Below, in pieces: positions 24,159 through 33,478 of a stretch of 64,000 nucleotides of DNA. The position numbers were made by a program, and so were the translations under genes. Every line of letters begins with the position of its first letter. The stretch's first letter is position 1. The DNA is from Candidatus Ruminimicrobiellum tauri. GTDB lineage: Bacteria > Elusimicrobiota > Endomicrobiia > Endomicrobiales > Endomicrobiaceae. The notes beneath the pieces were generated by a model, which was not told where the DNA came from, searched no databases, and worked only from the letters and a program-made list of their open reading frames with translations. The stretch lies in NCBI GenBank assembly GCA_902792865.1, contig CADBBJ010000019.1, positions 2,012-66,011 of the forward strand, in the 5' to 3' direction.

Positions 24159-25388
24159 ATGGCATTAATTGTGATGAAGTTTGGAGGGTCATCTGTAGCA
24201 GATAGTGATAAAATGAAACATGTTGCAAATAAAATTATTGCTAGAAAGAAAGGTGGCAATAAAATTGTTGCAGTTGTTTCTGCACCGGGAGATACTACGG
24301 ATGATTTAATTACAAAGTGTGAAGAAATTACAACAGATCCGAACCCCAGAGAAATGGATATGTTGCTTGCAACAGGTGAACAGATGTCTATATCATTACT
24401 TGCAATGGCAATTCAATCTATGGGACATAAAGCTATTTCTTTAACAGGATTTCAGGCAGGTATTACTACAAGTGATGATTATACAAGAGCAAGAGTAAAG
24501 AAAATTGAACCTAAAAAGATATTTTCTTTTTTAGATGAAGGCAATATTGTTATTGTTGCAGGTTTTCAGGGAATGAACAAATGTGGCGATATTACAACAT
24601 TAGGCAGAGGCGGTTCGGATTTAACCGCAGTGGCACTTGCTGCAGCAATGAAAGCAAATATATGTGAGATTTATAGTGATGTTGACGGTATTTTTACAAC
24701 AGATCCCAGAGTTGTAAAGGATGCAAGGAAAATAGATTTAATATCTTATGAAGAAATGTTGGAAATGGCAGGTTCCGGTGCACAGGTTATGCAAACAAGA
24801 AGTATAGAAGTTGCAAAAAATTACGGAATAGAAATCCATGCAAGAAGTACATTTTCAGACAAAGAAGGTACATATATAGTCAGTGAAGAAAAAATAGGGA
24901 GAAAAAAAATGGAAGACCTTATGGTATCAGCAGTAACTTTTGATAAAAATCAGGTAAAATTTTCTTTAATAGATTTGCCGGATATTCCGGGAATGGCAGC
25001 AAAAATATTTAGCAGTATTGCAAAGTTAGGTATCAATGTAGATATGATTATTCAGTCTGCGGCTTTGGATAAAAAAAATGATATTTCTTTTACGGTAAGT
25101 AAAGTAGATATGAAAAAAACTCAACAAAAAGTTGATGAACTTGCTAAACAATTGGGAGCACAAACCGTAACTTGTGATGAACATGTTGCAAAAGTTTCCG
25201 TAGTTGGTGTCGGAATGAAAACACATGCGGGTGTTGCTTCAAAAATGTTTGATATTTTAGCTAAAAATAAAATAAACATTGAAATGATTTCTACAAGTGA
25301 AATAAAGGTATCTTGTGTTATAGATGCGGTTGATTTAAATAAAGCAGTAAATGAATTACATAAAGGTTTTAAATTAAGCAAGAAATAA
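24159..25388 (+). CDS. lysC: aspartate kinase (two C-terminal ACT domains)
   Basis: MALIVMKFGGSSVAD, GRGGSDLTAVALAAA and YSDVDGIFTTDPR motifs; 409 aa. Confidence 0.92.
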   Translation: MALIVMKFGGSSVADSDKMKHVANKIIARKKGGNKIVAVVSAPGDTTDDLITKCEEITTDPNPREMDMLLATGEQMSISLLAMAIQSMGHKAISLTGFQAGITTSDDYTRARVKKIEPKKIFSFLDEGNIVIVAGFQGMNKCGDITTLGRGGSDLTAVALAAAMKANICEIYSDVDGIFTTDPRVVKDARKIDLISYEEMLEMAGSGAQVMQTRSIEVAKNYGIEIHARSTFSDKEGTYIVSEEKIGRKKMEDLMVSAVTFDKNQVKFSLIDLPDIPGMAAKIFSSIAKLGINVDMIIQSAALDKKNDISFTVSKVDMKKTQQKVDELAKQLGAQTVTCDEHVAKVSVVGVGMKTHAGVASKMFDILAKNKINIEMISTSEIKVSCVIDAVDLNKAVNELHKGFKLSKK

Positions 25389-25434
25389 TTTTTTGCTTTT
25401 AAAATCTTGTCCATAAAAAATCCTTAGTGTTTTT

Positions 25435-26985
25435 ATGAAACAGATTAAAATATTTGATACGACTTTAAGAGATGGCAGTCAGGGGGCAGGTATATCGTTT
25501 TCGGTTGAAGATAAATTGAAAATAGCATCTGCCCTTGATACCTTTGGTATAGCATATATTGAAGGCGGTTGGCCAGGTTCTAATCCGAAAGATGAAGAAT
25601 TTTTTAAACTTGCAAAAAATAAATTTAAAAATTCTAAACTTGTGGCATTTAGTTCAACAAGAAAACCGAACACAAAAATTCAAGATGATAATCAAATAAA
25701 AAAAATAATTTCTTCAGATACAAAAGTTGCAACAATTTTTGGGAAATCTTGGGATTTACATGTACAGGTTGCACTTAAAACAACTCTTAAAGAAAATCTT
25801 AAAATGATATTTGAAACAATAGCATATTTGAAAACAAAAAAATTTGAAGTTATATATGATGCGGAACACTATTTTGACGGATACATTCATAATAAAATTT
25901 ATACTTTTGAAACAATAAAATCGGCAGTAGATGCCGGTGCGGATTATATTTGTTTGTGTGAGACTAACGGTGGAGTTTTACCGTCATATATAGAAAAAAC
26001 AGTTAAAGAAACAATTAAAGAGTTTCCTAATGTAAAGTTTGGTATTCATGCACATAACGATTGTGATTGTGCCGTGGCAAATTCAATAATTGCGGTTCAA
26101 TCAGGGTGTCAACTTGTTCAGGGTACAATAAACGGTATAGGTGAAAGGTGCGGAAATGCAAATTTGTGTTCTATTATCCCGTCACTGCAACTAAAAGGGA
26201 AATATCATTGTGTTCCCGTACAAAATTTAAAAAATATCACAAATCTTTCCAGATATATTGATGAAATAGCAAATTTGACTTCCAATGACAGTATGCCTTA
26301 TGTCGGTAAAAATGCTTTTTCGCATAAAGCGGGAGTGCATGTTTCGGCAATAAAAAAAGATTCTAAGACTTATGAACATATAAATCCTAAACATGTCGGA
26401 AACAAAAGAAATATTTTAGTAAGCGATTTGTCGGGAAAAAGCAACATAGTTTCAAAAGCAGATGAACTTGCAATAGATTTAGAAAAAGATGTACAAGGTA
26501 TAATTAATATAGTTAAAGAAAAAGAAAATAACGGTTATCAATACGAAAATGCAGACGGTTCGTTTTATATTCTTACAAAAAAGCTGGAAAAAACATATAA
26601 AAATTTTTTTACATTGAAAAATTATAGAGTTAGTGTAGAAAAAAACAAAGACGGTTCTATTGTATCGGAAGCAACCGTTAAACTTGATGTTAACGGAAAA
26701 GAAGAACATACCGTTGCAGAAGGCGGTGGTCCTGTTGATGCATTAGATAAATGTTTAAGAAAAGCACTAATAAAATTCTATCCGGAGATAAAATCCGTTA
26801 TACTTACGGATTTTAAAGTAAGAGTTATTAATTCAGATGCGAATACGGCAGCAAAAGTTAGGGTTCTAATAGAATCTAAAGATAAAAAATATAGTTGGGG
26901 TACAATAGGGGTTAGTGATAATATTATAGATGCCTGTTGGCAAGCTCTTTCGGATTCTGTTGAGTATAAACTTTTAAAAAAATAA
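25435..26985 (+). CDS. cimA: (R)-citramalate synthase / 2-isopropylmalate synthase family enzyme
   Basis: IFDTTLRDGSQGAGISFSVEDKLKIASALDTFGIAYIEGGWPGSNPKDEEFF is the CimA-type N-terminus. The protein is 516 aa with a LeuA-dimer-like C-terminus. Confidence 0.75.
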   Translation: MKQIKIFDTTLRDGSQGAGISFSVEDKLKIASALDTFGIAYIEGGWPGSNPKDEEFFKLAKNKFKNSKLVAFSSTRKPNTKIQDDNQIKKIISSDTKVATIFGKSWDLHVQVALKTTLKENLKMIFETIAYLKTKKFEVIYDAEHYFDGYIHNKIYTFETIKSAVDAGADYICLCETNGGVLPSYIEKTVKETIKEFPNVKFGIHAHNDCDCAVANSIIAVQSGCQLVQGTINGIGERCGNANLCSIIPSLQLKGKYHCVPVQNLKNITNLSRYIDEIANLTSNDSMPYVGKNAFSHKAGVHVSAIKKDSKTYEHINPKHVGNKRNILVSDLSGKSNIVSKADELAIDLEKDVQGIINIVKEKENNGYQYENADGSFYILTKKLEKTYKNFFTLKNYRVSVEKNKDGSIVSEATVKLDVNGKEEHTVAEGGGPVDALDKCLRKALIKFYPEIKSVILTDFKVRVINSDANTAAKVRVLIESKDKKYSWGTIGVSDNIIDACWQALSDSVEYKLLKK

Positions 26986-27022
26986 CAGGTGTTGAGTATA
27001 AACTTTTAAAAAAATAACAGGT
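26959..27022 (+). repeat. perfect 32-bp tandem duplication spanning the cimA stop codon
   Basis: gttgagtataaacttttaaaaaaataacaggt occurs at 26959-26990 and again at 26991-27022. Confidence 0.95.
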
Positions 27023-27073
27023 ATGGAATATTATGCAAAATTCTTGTGAAATTTACTAAAACAACAAAACAAC

Positions 27074-27102
27074 TTGACTTTAGATAAAAGATAAAGTATA
27101 AT
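27074..27102 (+). promoter_or_regulatory. near-consensus promoter TTGACT-17 nt-TATAAT directly abutting the OmpA-like gene start
   Basis: ttgact at 27074-27079, a 17-nt spacer, then tataat at 27097-27102. The ATG is at 27112 and no SD lies in between. Confidence 0.5.
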
Positions 27103-27111
27103 CTAGCAATT

Positions 27112-30051
27112 ATGAGTTTAAAAAAGTATTTCTTTGTTACTGCTTTTTTGTTAGGAATGCAAACATTTGCATTTGCAGACGGTTCTGCAGTTGAACCCAG
27201 AGGTGATTTTAGACCAACTCCGGGGTTTGTTGATGCAGAAAAGTTAAATGTTCGTGATATGGCCGTTAGGTTAGAACTTTTACTTGAAGGTATTTTTAAC
27301 AAAAAAGGTGACGGTTGGTATACGGCTCCTAACGAATTAAGCAATTATTTCAGATATAATTCCTCAGATAAGTCACTAAAAAATCAACCTTGGAAAGATC
27401 GTTGGGGTCAAACTTTATTTTTAGATGTAGCTTTTAAACCTACAAGTTGGGCAAGTGCACAATTCGGTTTGAGTTTTATCGGGGATTATGCTTCCAGATA
27501 TTGGGCTACGGTAAATCATCCTCATAGAATGTTTGATGAAGGTCAAATTTTTCCTCAGTTTTCTTGGAATACTGCAAAGATAGAAGTTCATAACGATTGG
27601 GCAAGATTACAATACAATAGAAATCAGTTTCATTATAATTGGGGATATGAAGGTGATTTGTTTAACATTTATCAGGCAGAAACAGATCCGTATAATGTAC
27701 TTATGGTAACCGGAAGAAAAGTACCTGAATGGTATCAATTAAATATGGAAGGAAATTTCGGAAATCTTGAGTTGCAATACGGTGAACCGATAACTGACTA
27801 TAAGGAAGGTTTTTATGTAAAATATAGAAATATTTTTGGCAGTAATGTAAATTTCTTTTATGTAGACCATGTTATTCCTTACGGTGAGAAAAGTGAAAGA
27901 ATGAGAACAGCTGAAGTTAGTACGGATTTTAAGTTGGGTAGCAGTACATTGGAAGTTGGTGGAAAGTATAGACCTTTTAGATTGAACAGGTCTTATGATT
28001 ATGTTGATTCTCATGTACCAATAGGTGAAGGTACACAAGGAACTGACTTGATTATCAAACAGGATAAAACAACTTTCTCTGATGCTTTCGGTGGTGCCGT
28101 AAAATTATCTGTACCGAAGACTTTTTTTGTTGATGTTGTTACGGCAAAATATTTGTATGAAGGACTTGTTGCAGGAAATAAGCAACAGTTAGATTTATCG
28201 GCACAACAATCAATAACAAATACTATCACGGGACATCTTTCTTATATGAGAAGGAAACCTCTCTTACAGGCAATTCCTGCAAGAGGTAATGAGTATGGAG
28301 TAGATTTAGTTTCTACCAGAGGAGAATCTCAACCTTTTTGGGTATGGTGGAGAAATCCTCAAACAGGATTTGATAATAGGGATACGGATGAATTTGCTCT
28401 TACATTTACTTATGATCCTACACCCAGTACATGGTTTTATAAATATGAACCGAATACACTGGAAGCATGGAATATAAATTCAAAAAAAGATGCAGTTTTT
28501 TCTTTTGCTACACAGTTTAAGTTAACCAGATATTTAGGTGGAACGGATAAACAGGTATATAGAAACGAAAAGGGTGAAATAGTTTGGGAAAATTATCCGG
28601 GTTCTACAATATGTGGTGCTATGCCTTCAAAAAGATATTTGGGCTCTTTTAAGTTTTTAACAAGAATGTTTCTTCTTGATGAGTATGAATTTATTTATGA
28701 TTTTGAAGTCGGAGAAGAACCGTCAACATTATCAGCGGCATATACACCGCAGAAAGAAGCTTTCTTAAAAGAAATAACAGGTTATTTTAAGACAAATTTA
28801 GCTTTTCATACCGGTCCGTATAAAATTAAGGTTGGTTATGGAAAGAATACTTGGGGTCCTAATGATTGGCATAGAGCTTTTGGTTCTACTTATGATGATG
28901 TGTATTATGCACAGGTTTCCAGGAATTTTTCAAAATCCTTAATTATCGGAGTAGATTATGTTGGTGGAAGAAAAACAGATTTGAATATATTGAAAAAAAT
29001 AGAAAAAGAAGGTAAATCCTCAAGAAATGAGTTAGGATCTTTTGATGAAATAAGAACTTATGTCAGACTTATATTTGATAGTTTATTTAAGTTAGGAAGT
29101 AAGCCTAGAGTGAAAGGCGATATAATACCTCCATCTTGTTCTTTAGCTTTAGAATCTGATATAATAATACATTCTAACGGACAAAGATTGGACATTTATC
29201 CGATAGCTTACGATGAAAGCGGTATAGCAAGCTGGAGAGTAACTATAGTTGATGATAAATCTAAGATAGTTAAGTCTTTTGATGGGTTTGGTGATTGTCC
29301 TCAGTCTATAAAATGGGATGGAAAGAGTTTTGAAAACAAATATGTAACAGATGGAACTTATTATATAGAGTTGACAGTTAGTGATACATTTGGTAATATG
29401 GCAAAATCAGAAGTTTGTAAGGTAAGTTTGATAACACCCGAAGCACAGGTAGCAGTAGAGAAAGTAGATAAGGGTATAAAATTCTCTTTCGCTTCCGAGG
29501 TTCTTTTTGATTTTGATAAAGTAAAAATAAAAGAAAGTGCAGAAAAGAAACTTAAAGAAACTATAAGAATATTAGATGCTTATGAATATAAATTCTTAAG
29601 CATAGAAGGACATACGGATGATGTAGGAACAGATGAATACAATTTGAATTTGTCTGAAAGAAGAGCAGAAGCTGTTGCTGAATATTTAGTAAAATTAGGA
29701 GTAGATAAAGATAAAATTTCAGTTGTAGGTTATGGAGAAAGTGTTCCTGTTGCAACTAATGAAACTAAATCCGGTAGAGCATTAAACAGAAGAGTTGAAA
29801 TTATTGCTACACAGGATGACCATCATCATAATAATAGCAGTAGCAACAGCAACAGCAATAGCAATAGCAATAGCAATAGCAATAGCAATAGCAATAGCAA
29901 CAGTAATAGTAATATTAATATTAATATTAATATTAATAATAGTAATAATAATAGTAATAATATTAACGATAATAGTAATAAGAATAGTAGTAAGAAGAGT
30001 AATAAGAGTAAGAAGAGTAATAAGAATAATAACCGTAATAAGAAAAAATAA
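27112..30051 (+). CDS. large outer-membrane protein: N-terminal beta-rich domain, FlgD-Ig-like domain, OmpA C-terminal peptidoglycan-binding domain, and an N/S/K low-complexity tail
   Basis: Signal peptide MSLKKYFFVTAFLLGMQTFAFA. FlgD-Ig-like segment WDGKSFENKYVTDGTYYIELTVSDTFGN. OmpA motif SIEGHTDDVGTDEYNLNLSERRAEAVAEYL...NRRVEII. Confidence 0.85.
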   Translation: MSLKKYFFVTAFLLGMQTFAFADGSAVEPRGDFRPTPGFVDAEKLNVRDMAVRLELLLEGIFNKKGDGWYTAPNELSNYFRYNSSDKSLKNQPWKDRWGQTLFLDVAFKPTSWASAQFGLSFIGDYASRYWATVNHPHRMFDEGQIFPQFSWNTAKIEVHNDWARLQYNRNQFHYNWGYEGDLFNIYQAETDPYNVLMVTGRKVPEWYQLNMEGNFGNLELQYGEPITDYKEGFYVKYRNIFGSNVNFFYVDHVIPYGEKSERMRTAEVSTDFKLGSSTLEVGGKYRPFRLNRSYDYVDSHVPIGEGTQGTDLIIKQDKTTFSDAFGGAVKLSVPKTFFVDVVTAKYLYEGLVAGNKQQLDLSAQQSITNTITGHLSYMRRKPLLQAIPARGNEYGVDLVSTRGESQPFWVWWRNPQTGFDNRDTDEFALTFTYDPTPSTWFYKYEPNTLEAWNINSKKDAVFSFATQFKLTRYLGGTDKQVYRNEKGEIVWENYPGSTICGAMPSKRYLGSFKFLTRMFLLDEYEFIYDFEVGEEPSTLSAAYTPQKEAFLKEITGYFKTNLAFHTGPYKIKVGYGKNTWGPNDWHRAFGSTYDDVYYAQVSRNFSKSLIIGVDYVGGRKTDLNILKKIEKEGKSSRNELGSFDEIRTYVRLIFDSLFKLGSKPRVKGDIIPPSCSLALESDIIIHSNGQRLDIYPIAYDESGIASWRVTIVDDKSKIVKSFDGFGDCPQSIKWDGKSFENKYVTDGTYYIELTVSDTFGNMAKSEVCKVSLITPEAQVAVEKVDKGIKFSFASEVLFDFDKVKIKESAEKKLKETIRILDAYEYKFLSIEGHTDDVGTDEYNLNLSERRAEAVAEYLVKLGVDKDKISVVGYGESVPVATNETKSGRALNRRVEIIATQDDHHHNNSSSNSNSNSNSNSNSNSNSNSNSNSNININININNSNNNSNNINDNSNKNSSKKSNKSKKSNKNNNRNKKK
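29836..29940 (+). repeat. coding hexanucleotide microsatellites: (AGCAAY)n followed by (ATTAAT)n
   Basis: Seven perfect agcaat units lie at 29854-29895, flanked by agcaac/agcagt variants. They are followed by aatattaatattaatattaatattaataat at 29911-29940. Confidence 0.9.
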
Positions 30052-30083
30052 ATGTTGTTAAAATAGATATGGAGGGTTTCGTT

Positions 30084-30707
30084 ATGAAAAAGTTAGTAAG
30101 TTTGTTGGTATTAGGTTTGATAGTAGTATCGGCAGGAGCTTCTTTTGCAGCACCAAAGTCGGCAAGAGAAGGGAAAAAAGATTCTTCAGCTTTTAAGGAT
30201 TTTGTAGTTTATTTTCAAAATGGTTCAAAAGATAATCATTTTGTACCATCGGGTTATATGGGTGATACCGCCGATTTAAAATGTGATCTAAAATGTTCAG
30301 AAAAGCCAAAGGTAGGAAATACTTGCATAAAAGTAACATATAGTGCAGAAAAAACACAAGGTCAAGGATGGGCAGGTATATTTTGGCAAAATCCGGCAAA
30401 CAATTGGGGAGATAAAGCCGGCGGATTTGATTTGACAGGTGCAAAAAAATTGACATTCTGGGCTAAAGGTGCAAAAGGTGGCGAGACTATTGCTGAATTT
30501 AAAGTTGGTGGTATTAGCGGTGAATATCCTGATTCTGATTCAGTAGCAATTGAATCTGTTGTTCTTACAAAAGACTGGAAAGAATATACTATAGATTTGA
30601 AAGGTAAAGATTTAAGCCATATTATAGGTGGTTTTTGTTTCGCATTGTCTGCAAAAGATAATGAAAAAGGATGTGTATTCTATTTAGATAATATCGTTTT
30701 TAAATAA
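30084..30707 (+). CDS. secreted beta-sandwich (carbohydrate-binding-module-like) protein
   Basis: The ATG at 30084 lies 7 nt after ggaggg. Signal peptide MKKLVSLLVLGLIVVSAGASFA. The C-terminal motif GCVFYLDNIVFK is shared with the next CDS. Confidence 0.6.
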   Translation: MKKLVSLLVLGLIVVSAGASFAAPKSAREGKKDSSAFKDFVVYFQNGSKDNHFVPSGYMGDTADLKCDLKCSEKPKVGNTCIKVTYSAEKTQGQGWAGIFWQNPANNWGDKAGGFDLTGAKKLTFWAKGAKGGETIAEFKVGGISGEYPDSDSVAIESVVLTKDWKEYTIDLKGKDLSHIIGGFCFALSAKDNEKGCVFYLDNIVFK

Positions 30708-30720
30708 TCTGTTAGATTTT

Positions 30721-30762
30721 TTGTTGGGGTAGAATTCTTGTTTCTTAATTCTGCCTCAACAA
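30721..30762 (+). terminator. 16-bp stem-loop downstream of the CDS (possible terminator, no U-tract)
   Basis: ttgttggggtagaatt (30721-30736) pairs with aattctgcctcaacaa (30747-30762), including two G-T pairs. Confidence 0.35.
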
Positions 30763-30972
30763 ATTAAAGTTAAGATGTTTGTTTGTAGTATAAAGTCGTT
30801 ATCTTATTTTTGTTAGTGTTATTTAATTAATATAAGTAGAAAAGAATTAGTTGTAAAAATTATTAGTATAATTATTATGTAGTAAATTGAAGGTTATTAA
30901 AATTTTTATTTTATTTTTTTTGTAATAAAAAATTGGTTTCATTAGAAATTAATATCTGTTTTTTATAAAGTT

Positions 30973-31671
30973 ATGAATAAAGTGTTTATTAAATTATTAT
31001 CTTGTTGTTTTATCTGTATGATATTGTTACTTTCATGTGATAAATATCCTATAAATTCATTATTGAATCCCCATGATCCTATCGGAAATTGGCCGAATCC
31101 TTGGTATTTGTATGATGACCAATGGAACACAAAAGGTACATTGGAACCATATATATTTAAAGATTATCCTGACGGTTCTCCAAATCCGTATTGTGATACT
31201 TGGGATCATGTAAAACTAAATTTTTCATGTACTGATTTTCCTCAGTCAGGAATAAGCTGTATAATGTTTTATTGGAAAGGAAATTCTCAGGATGTAAGTG
31301 TTCCGAGAAAGACATTTATCAGTTTTGGAATGCAATCCAGAATAAAACTTGGTGAAACAATAGATATATCAGTTAGCGGATACAGATATTTGAAATTTTA
31401 TTTGAGAGGGGATTTATACGAAAATTGTGTTTTTGAACTATCTATCCCTAATAAGGATGTACCGGATACTCCATGGGTTAAGTATCAGGCAAGAAATACA
31501 GATATTACTCCTTATTGGAAAGAAATTACAATTGAACTTCCTGAAGAAAAAGTTTCTCAGATGACAAATTTAGAGTATTGTATTGCTATGGCTTTAAAAA
31601 TAGGTGATTTTAGTGGTATAACCAATGGTGGAACAGTTTATTTAGATAATATAAGGCTTACAAAAGATTAA
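30973..31671 (+). CDS. lipoprotein with a beta-sandwich (CBM-like) domain, a distant paralog of 30084-30707
   Basis: Lipobox LLLSC. The C-terminus GGTVYLDNIRLTKD resembles GCVFYLDNIVFK. W-rich segments WKGNSQ / WKEITIEL parallel WAKGAKG / WKEYTIDL. Confidence 0.55.
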   Translation: MNKVFIKLLSCCFICMILLLSCDKYPINSLLNPHDPIGNWPNPWYLYDDQWNTKGTLEPYIFKDYPDGSPNPYCDTWDHVKLNFSCTDFPQSGISCIMFYWKGNSQDVSVPRKTFISFGMQSRIKLGETIDISVSGYRYLKFYLRGDLYENCVFELSIPNKDVPDTPWVKYQARNTDITPYWKEITIELPEEKVSQMTNLEYCIAMALKIGDFSGITNGGTVYLDNIRLTKD

Positions 31672-31672
31672 T

Positions 31673-32152
31673 ATGATTAAAAAGTTTATTGTTACTATTA
31701 TTTCTGTAATTTTATTAAGTTCTACAAATGCAGGTGCATTTACTTGTGATTTTTCGGAATATACTCCGACAAATGCACTTATTCGTTCTGCTTTGATTCC
31801 GGGTTGGGGGCAAGGTTGGAATGAACAGAAAACAAAAGGATGGATTGTGTTTGGTGTTTTTGCAGTTTCTGTGTTTGGAGCATTTTATTATTTAAATAAA
31901 TCGGAAAGTGATTATGATAAATATAAGAAATTAGGAGCCAAAGATTCTTCTTATTATGATGATTATGAAAAAAGTTTAAATACATCCAGAATATTAGGTT
32001 GTGTTGCAGTTGCCGGTTGGTTGTATGCTGTTGTTGATGCTTATATTTTTGCAAATAAAAATATAGAAAAATACGGATATAAAAAATTTAATTTTTATGC
32101 TTACGGAAAAGACGGATTTATGTTAAGTTATAAAACTAAGTTTTCTATTTAG
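31673..32152 (+). CDS. small membrane protein with a PGWGQ motif (DUF5683-like)
   Basis: Signal-like N-terminus, then IRSALIPGWGQGWNEQKTKGWIVFGVFAVSVFGAFYY and a second hydrophobic segment. Confidence 0.5.
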   Translation: MIKKFIVTIISVILLSSTNAGAFTCDFSEYTPTNALIRSALIPGWGQGWNEQKTKGWIVFGVFAVSVFGAFYYLNKSESDYDKYKKLGAKDSSYYDDYEKSLNTSRILGCVAVAGWLYAVVDAYIFANKNIEKYGYKKFNFYAYGKDGFMLSYKTKFSI

Positions 32153-32166
32153 GTGAAAAAGATTGT

Positions 32167-32520
32167 ATGAATTATAAAAAAATTTTATTTTTATCATTAT
32201 TTATTTGTGTAATGTCTTTCTTTTGCGGATGCGATAAGAGAAACAAGTTAACAAGTAACACAATGATTTTGCAAATAGATCCGCCGGTTGCTATTTCTTG
32301 TAATATAGGTGATGCAAAACAATTAAAGGCTATTGTAAGGGATAGTACAAAAGAAGAAGTAGGTGAGCCTGTTAAGTGGTCTGTATCTCCTGCAGGATTG
32401 GTAGAATTTGTTTCCTCTACTTCCAAAACGGTTGATTTTATTGCAAAACAAGTTGGTGAGGGAAAGATATATTTATCTTGCCAAGGAGTAGTAACTTCTG
32501 TAGATGTTAAAGTTAGTTAA
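32167..32520 (+). CDS. small lipoprotein with a bacterial Ig-like (Big_2-like) domain
   Basis: Lipobox-like FFCGC. Pattern GDAKQLKAIV...VKWSVSP...VDFIAKQVGEGKIYLSCQG. Confidence 0.5.
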   Translation: MNYKKILFLSLFICVMSFFCGCDKRNKLTSNTMILQIDPPVAISCNIGDAKQLKAIVRDSTKEEVGEPVKWSVSPAGLVEFVSSTSKTVDFIAKQVGEGKIYLSCQGVVTSVDVKVS

Positions 32521-32546
32521 ACAGTGTTGTTTTAATTTTATATTAT

Positions 32547-32586
32547 AGACATCAGTCTCGGGAAATCGGGGGATGTCTTTTTTTTA
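32547..32586 (+). terminator. rho-independent terminator
   Basis: agacatc (32547-32553) pairs with gatgtct (32572-32578), followed by a T-run to about 32585. Confidence 0.65.
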
Positions 32587-32686
32587 AATTATATTAAGAA
32601 AAATATGAATAGAAATAAATAAAATTACGGTTATTAAGTACATAGTTAAAATTAATAGTTAATAAAACTTTATAGGAAACAATGAA

Positions 32687-33478
32687 ATGTTAGAAAAAGT
32701 TTTGCAGATGAAAAAAAATAAAGAAAAAATTGTTATGGTAACTTGTTATGATGCTACTATGGCAAAAATATTGTCAAAATCAAATACGGATATGCTTCTT
32801 GTCGGCGATTCCGTAGGTATGACAAAGTTAGGTTATGAAAATACATTATCGGTAACTATGGCAGATATGATACATCATACATCGGCAGTAGTTAGAGGGA
32901 CAGATAAAGAAAAAGTTGTAGTTGTTGCCGATATGCCATATAAATCTTATGAAGATAATCCGAAATTAGCATTAGAAAATGCAAAAAAACTTATAGATTG
33001 CGGTGCAGATATGGTTAAGCTGGAAGGAGGTATTGAAATTATAGAGTCTATAAAATCAATAATATCTGCAGGTATAAAAATTGTTGGCCATTTAGGGCTT
33101 ATGCCACAATCAATAGATAAGATTGGAGGATTTAAAGTTCAATGTAGAGATGATAAATCTCAAAAGAAGTTGCTGGAAGATTCTTTGTTATTACAATCTG
33201 TCGGTGTATCTATGATAGTTCTTGAAGGTATTCCCGAACAAGTAGCAAAGTTTGTTACACAACATTTAGAAATTGCGACCATAGGTATAGGTGCAGGCAG
33301 ATATTGTGACGGACAAGTTTTGGTTAGTGACGATTTTCTTGGAATGTTTCAGGATTTTACACCGAAATTTGTAAAAAAATATGCAAATTTGGCACAAATT
33401 ATTCAAGATGCTACAAAAGAGTACAGTAAAGAAGTTAAAGAAGGAAATTTTCCACAAGAGGAGAATATATACAAATGA
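32687..33478 (+). CDS. panB: 3-methyl-2-oxobutanoate hydroxymethyltransferase
   Basis: VMVTCYDATMAKIL...LLVGDSVGM...ADMPY...VKLEGG motifs. Confidence 0.92.
   Translation: MLEKVLQMKKNKEKIVMVTCYDATMAKILSKSNTDMLLVGDSVGMTKLGYENTLSVTMADMIHHTSAVVRGTDKEKVVVVADMPYKSYEDNPKLALENAKKLIDCGADMVKLEGGIEIIESIKSIISAGIKIVGHLGLMPQSIDKIGGFKVQCRDDKSQKKLLEDSLLLQSVGVSMIVLEGIPEQVAKFVTQHLEIATIGIGAGRYCDGQVLVSDDFLGMFQDFTPKFVKKYANLAQIIQDATKEYSKEVKEGNFPQEENIYK

Noticed and set aside
29795-30061. 88-aa '+' ORF (IAIAIAIAIA..., VIIIV...) overlapping the 3' end of the OmpA-like gene
   Set aside because: It is an alternative frame of the hexanucleotide microsatellite. The OmpA-frame reading is continuous with a recognisable domain.
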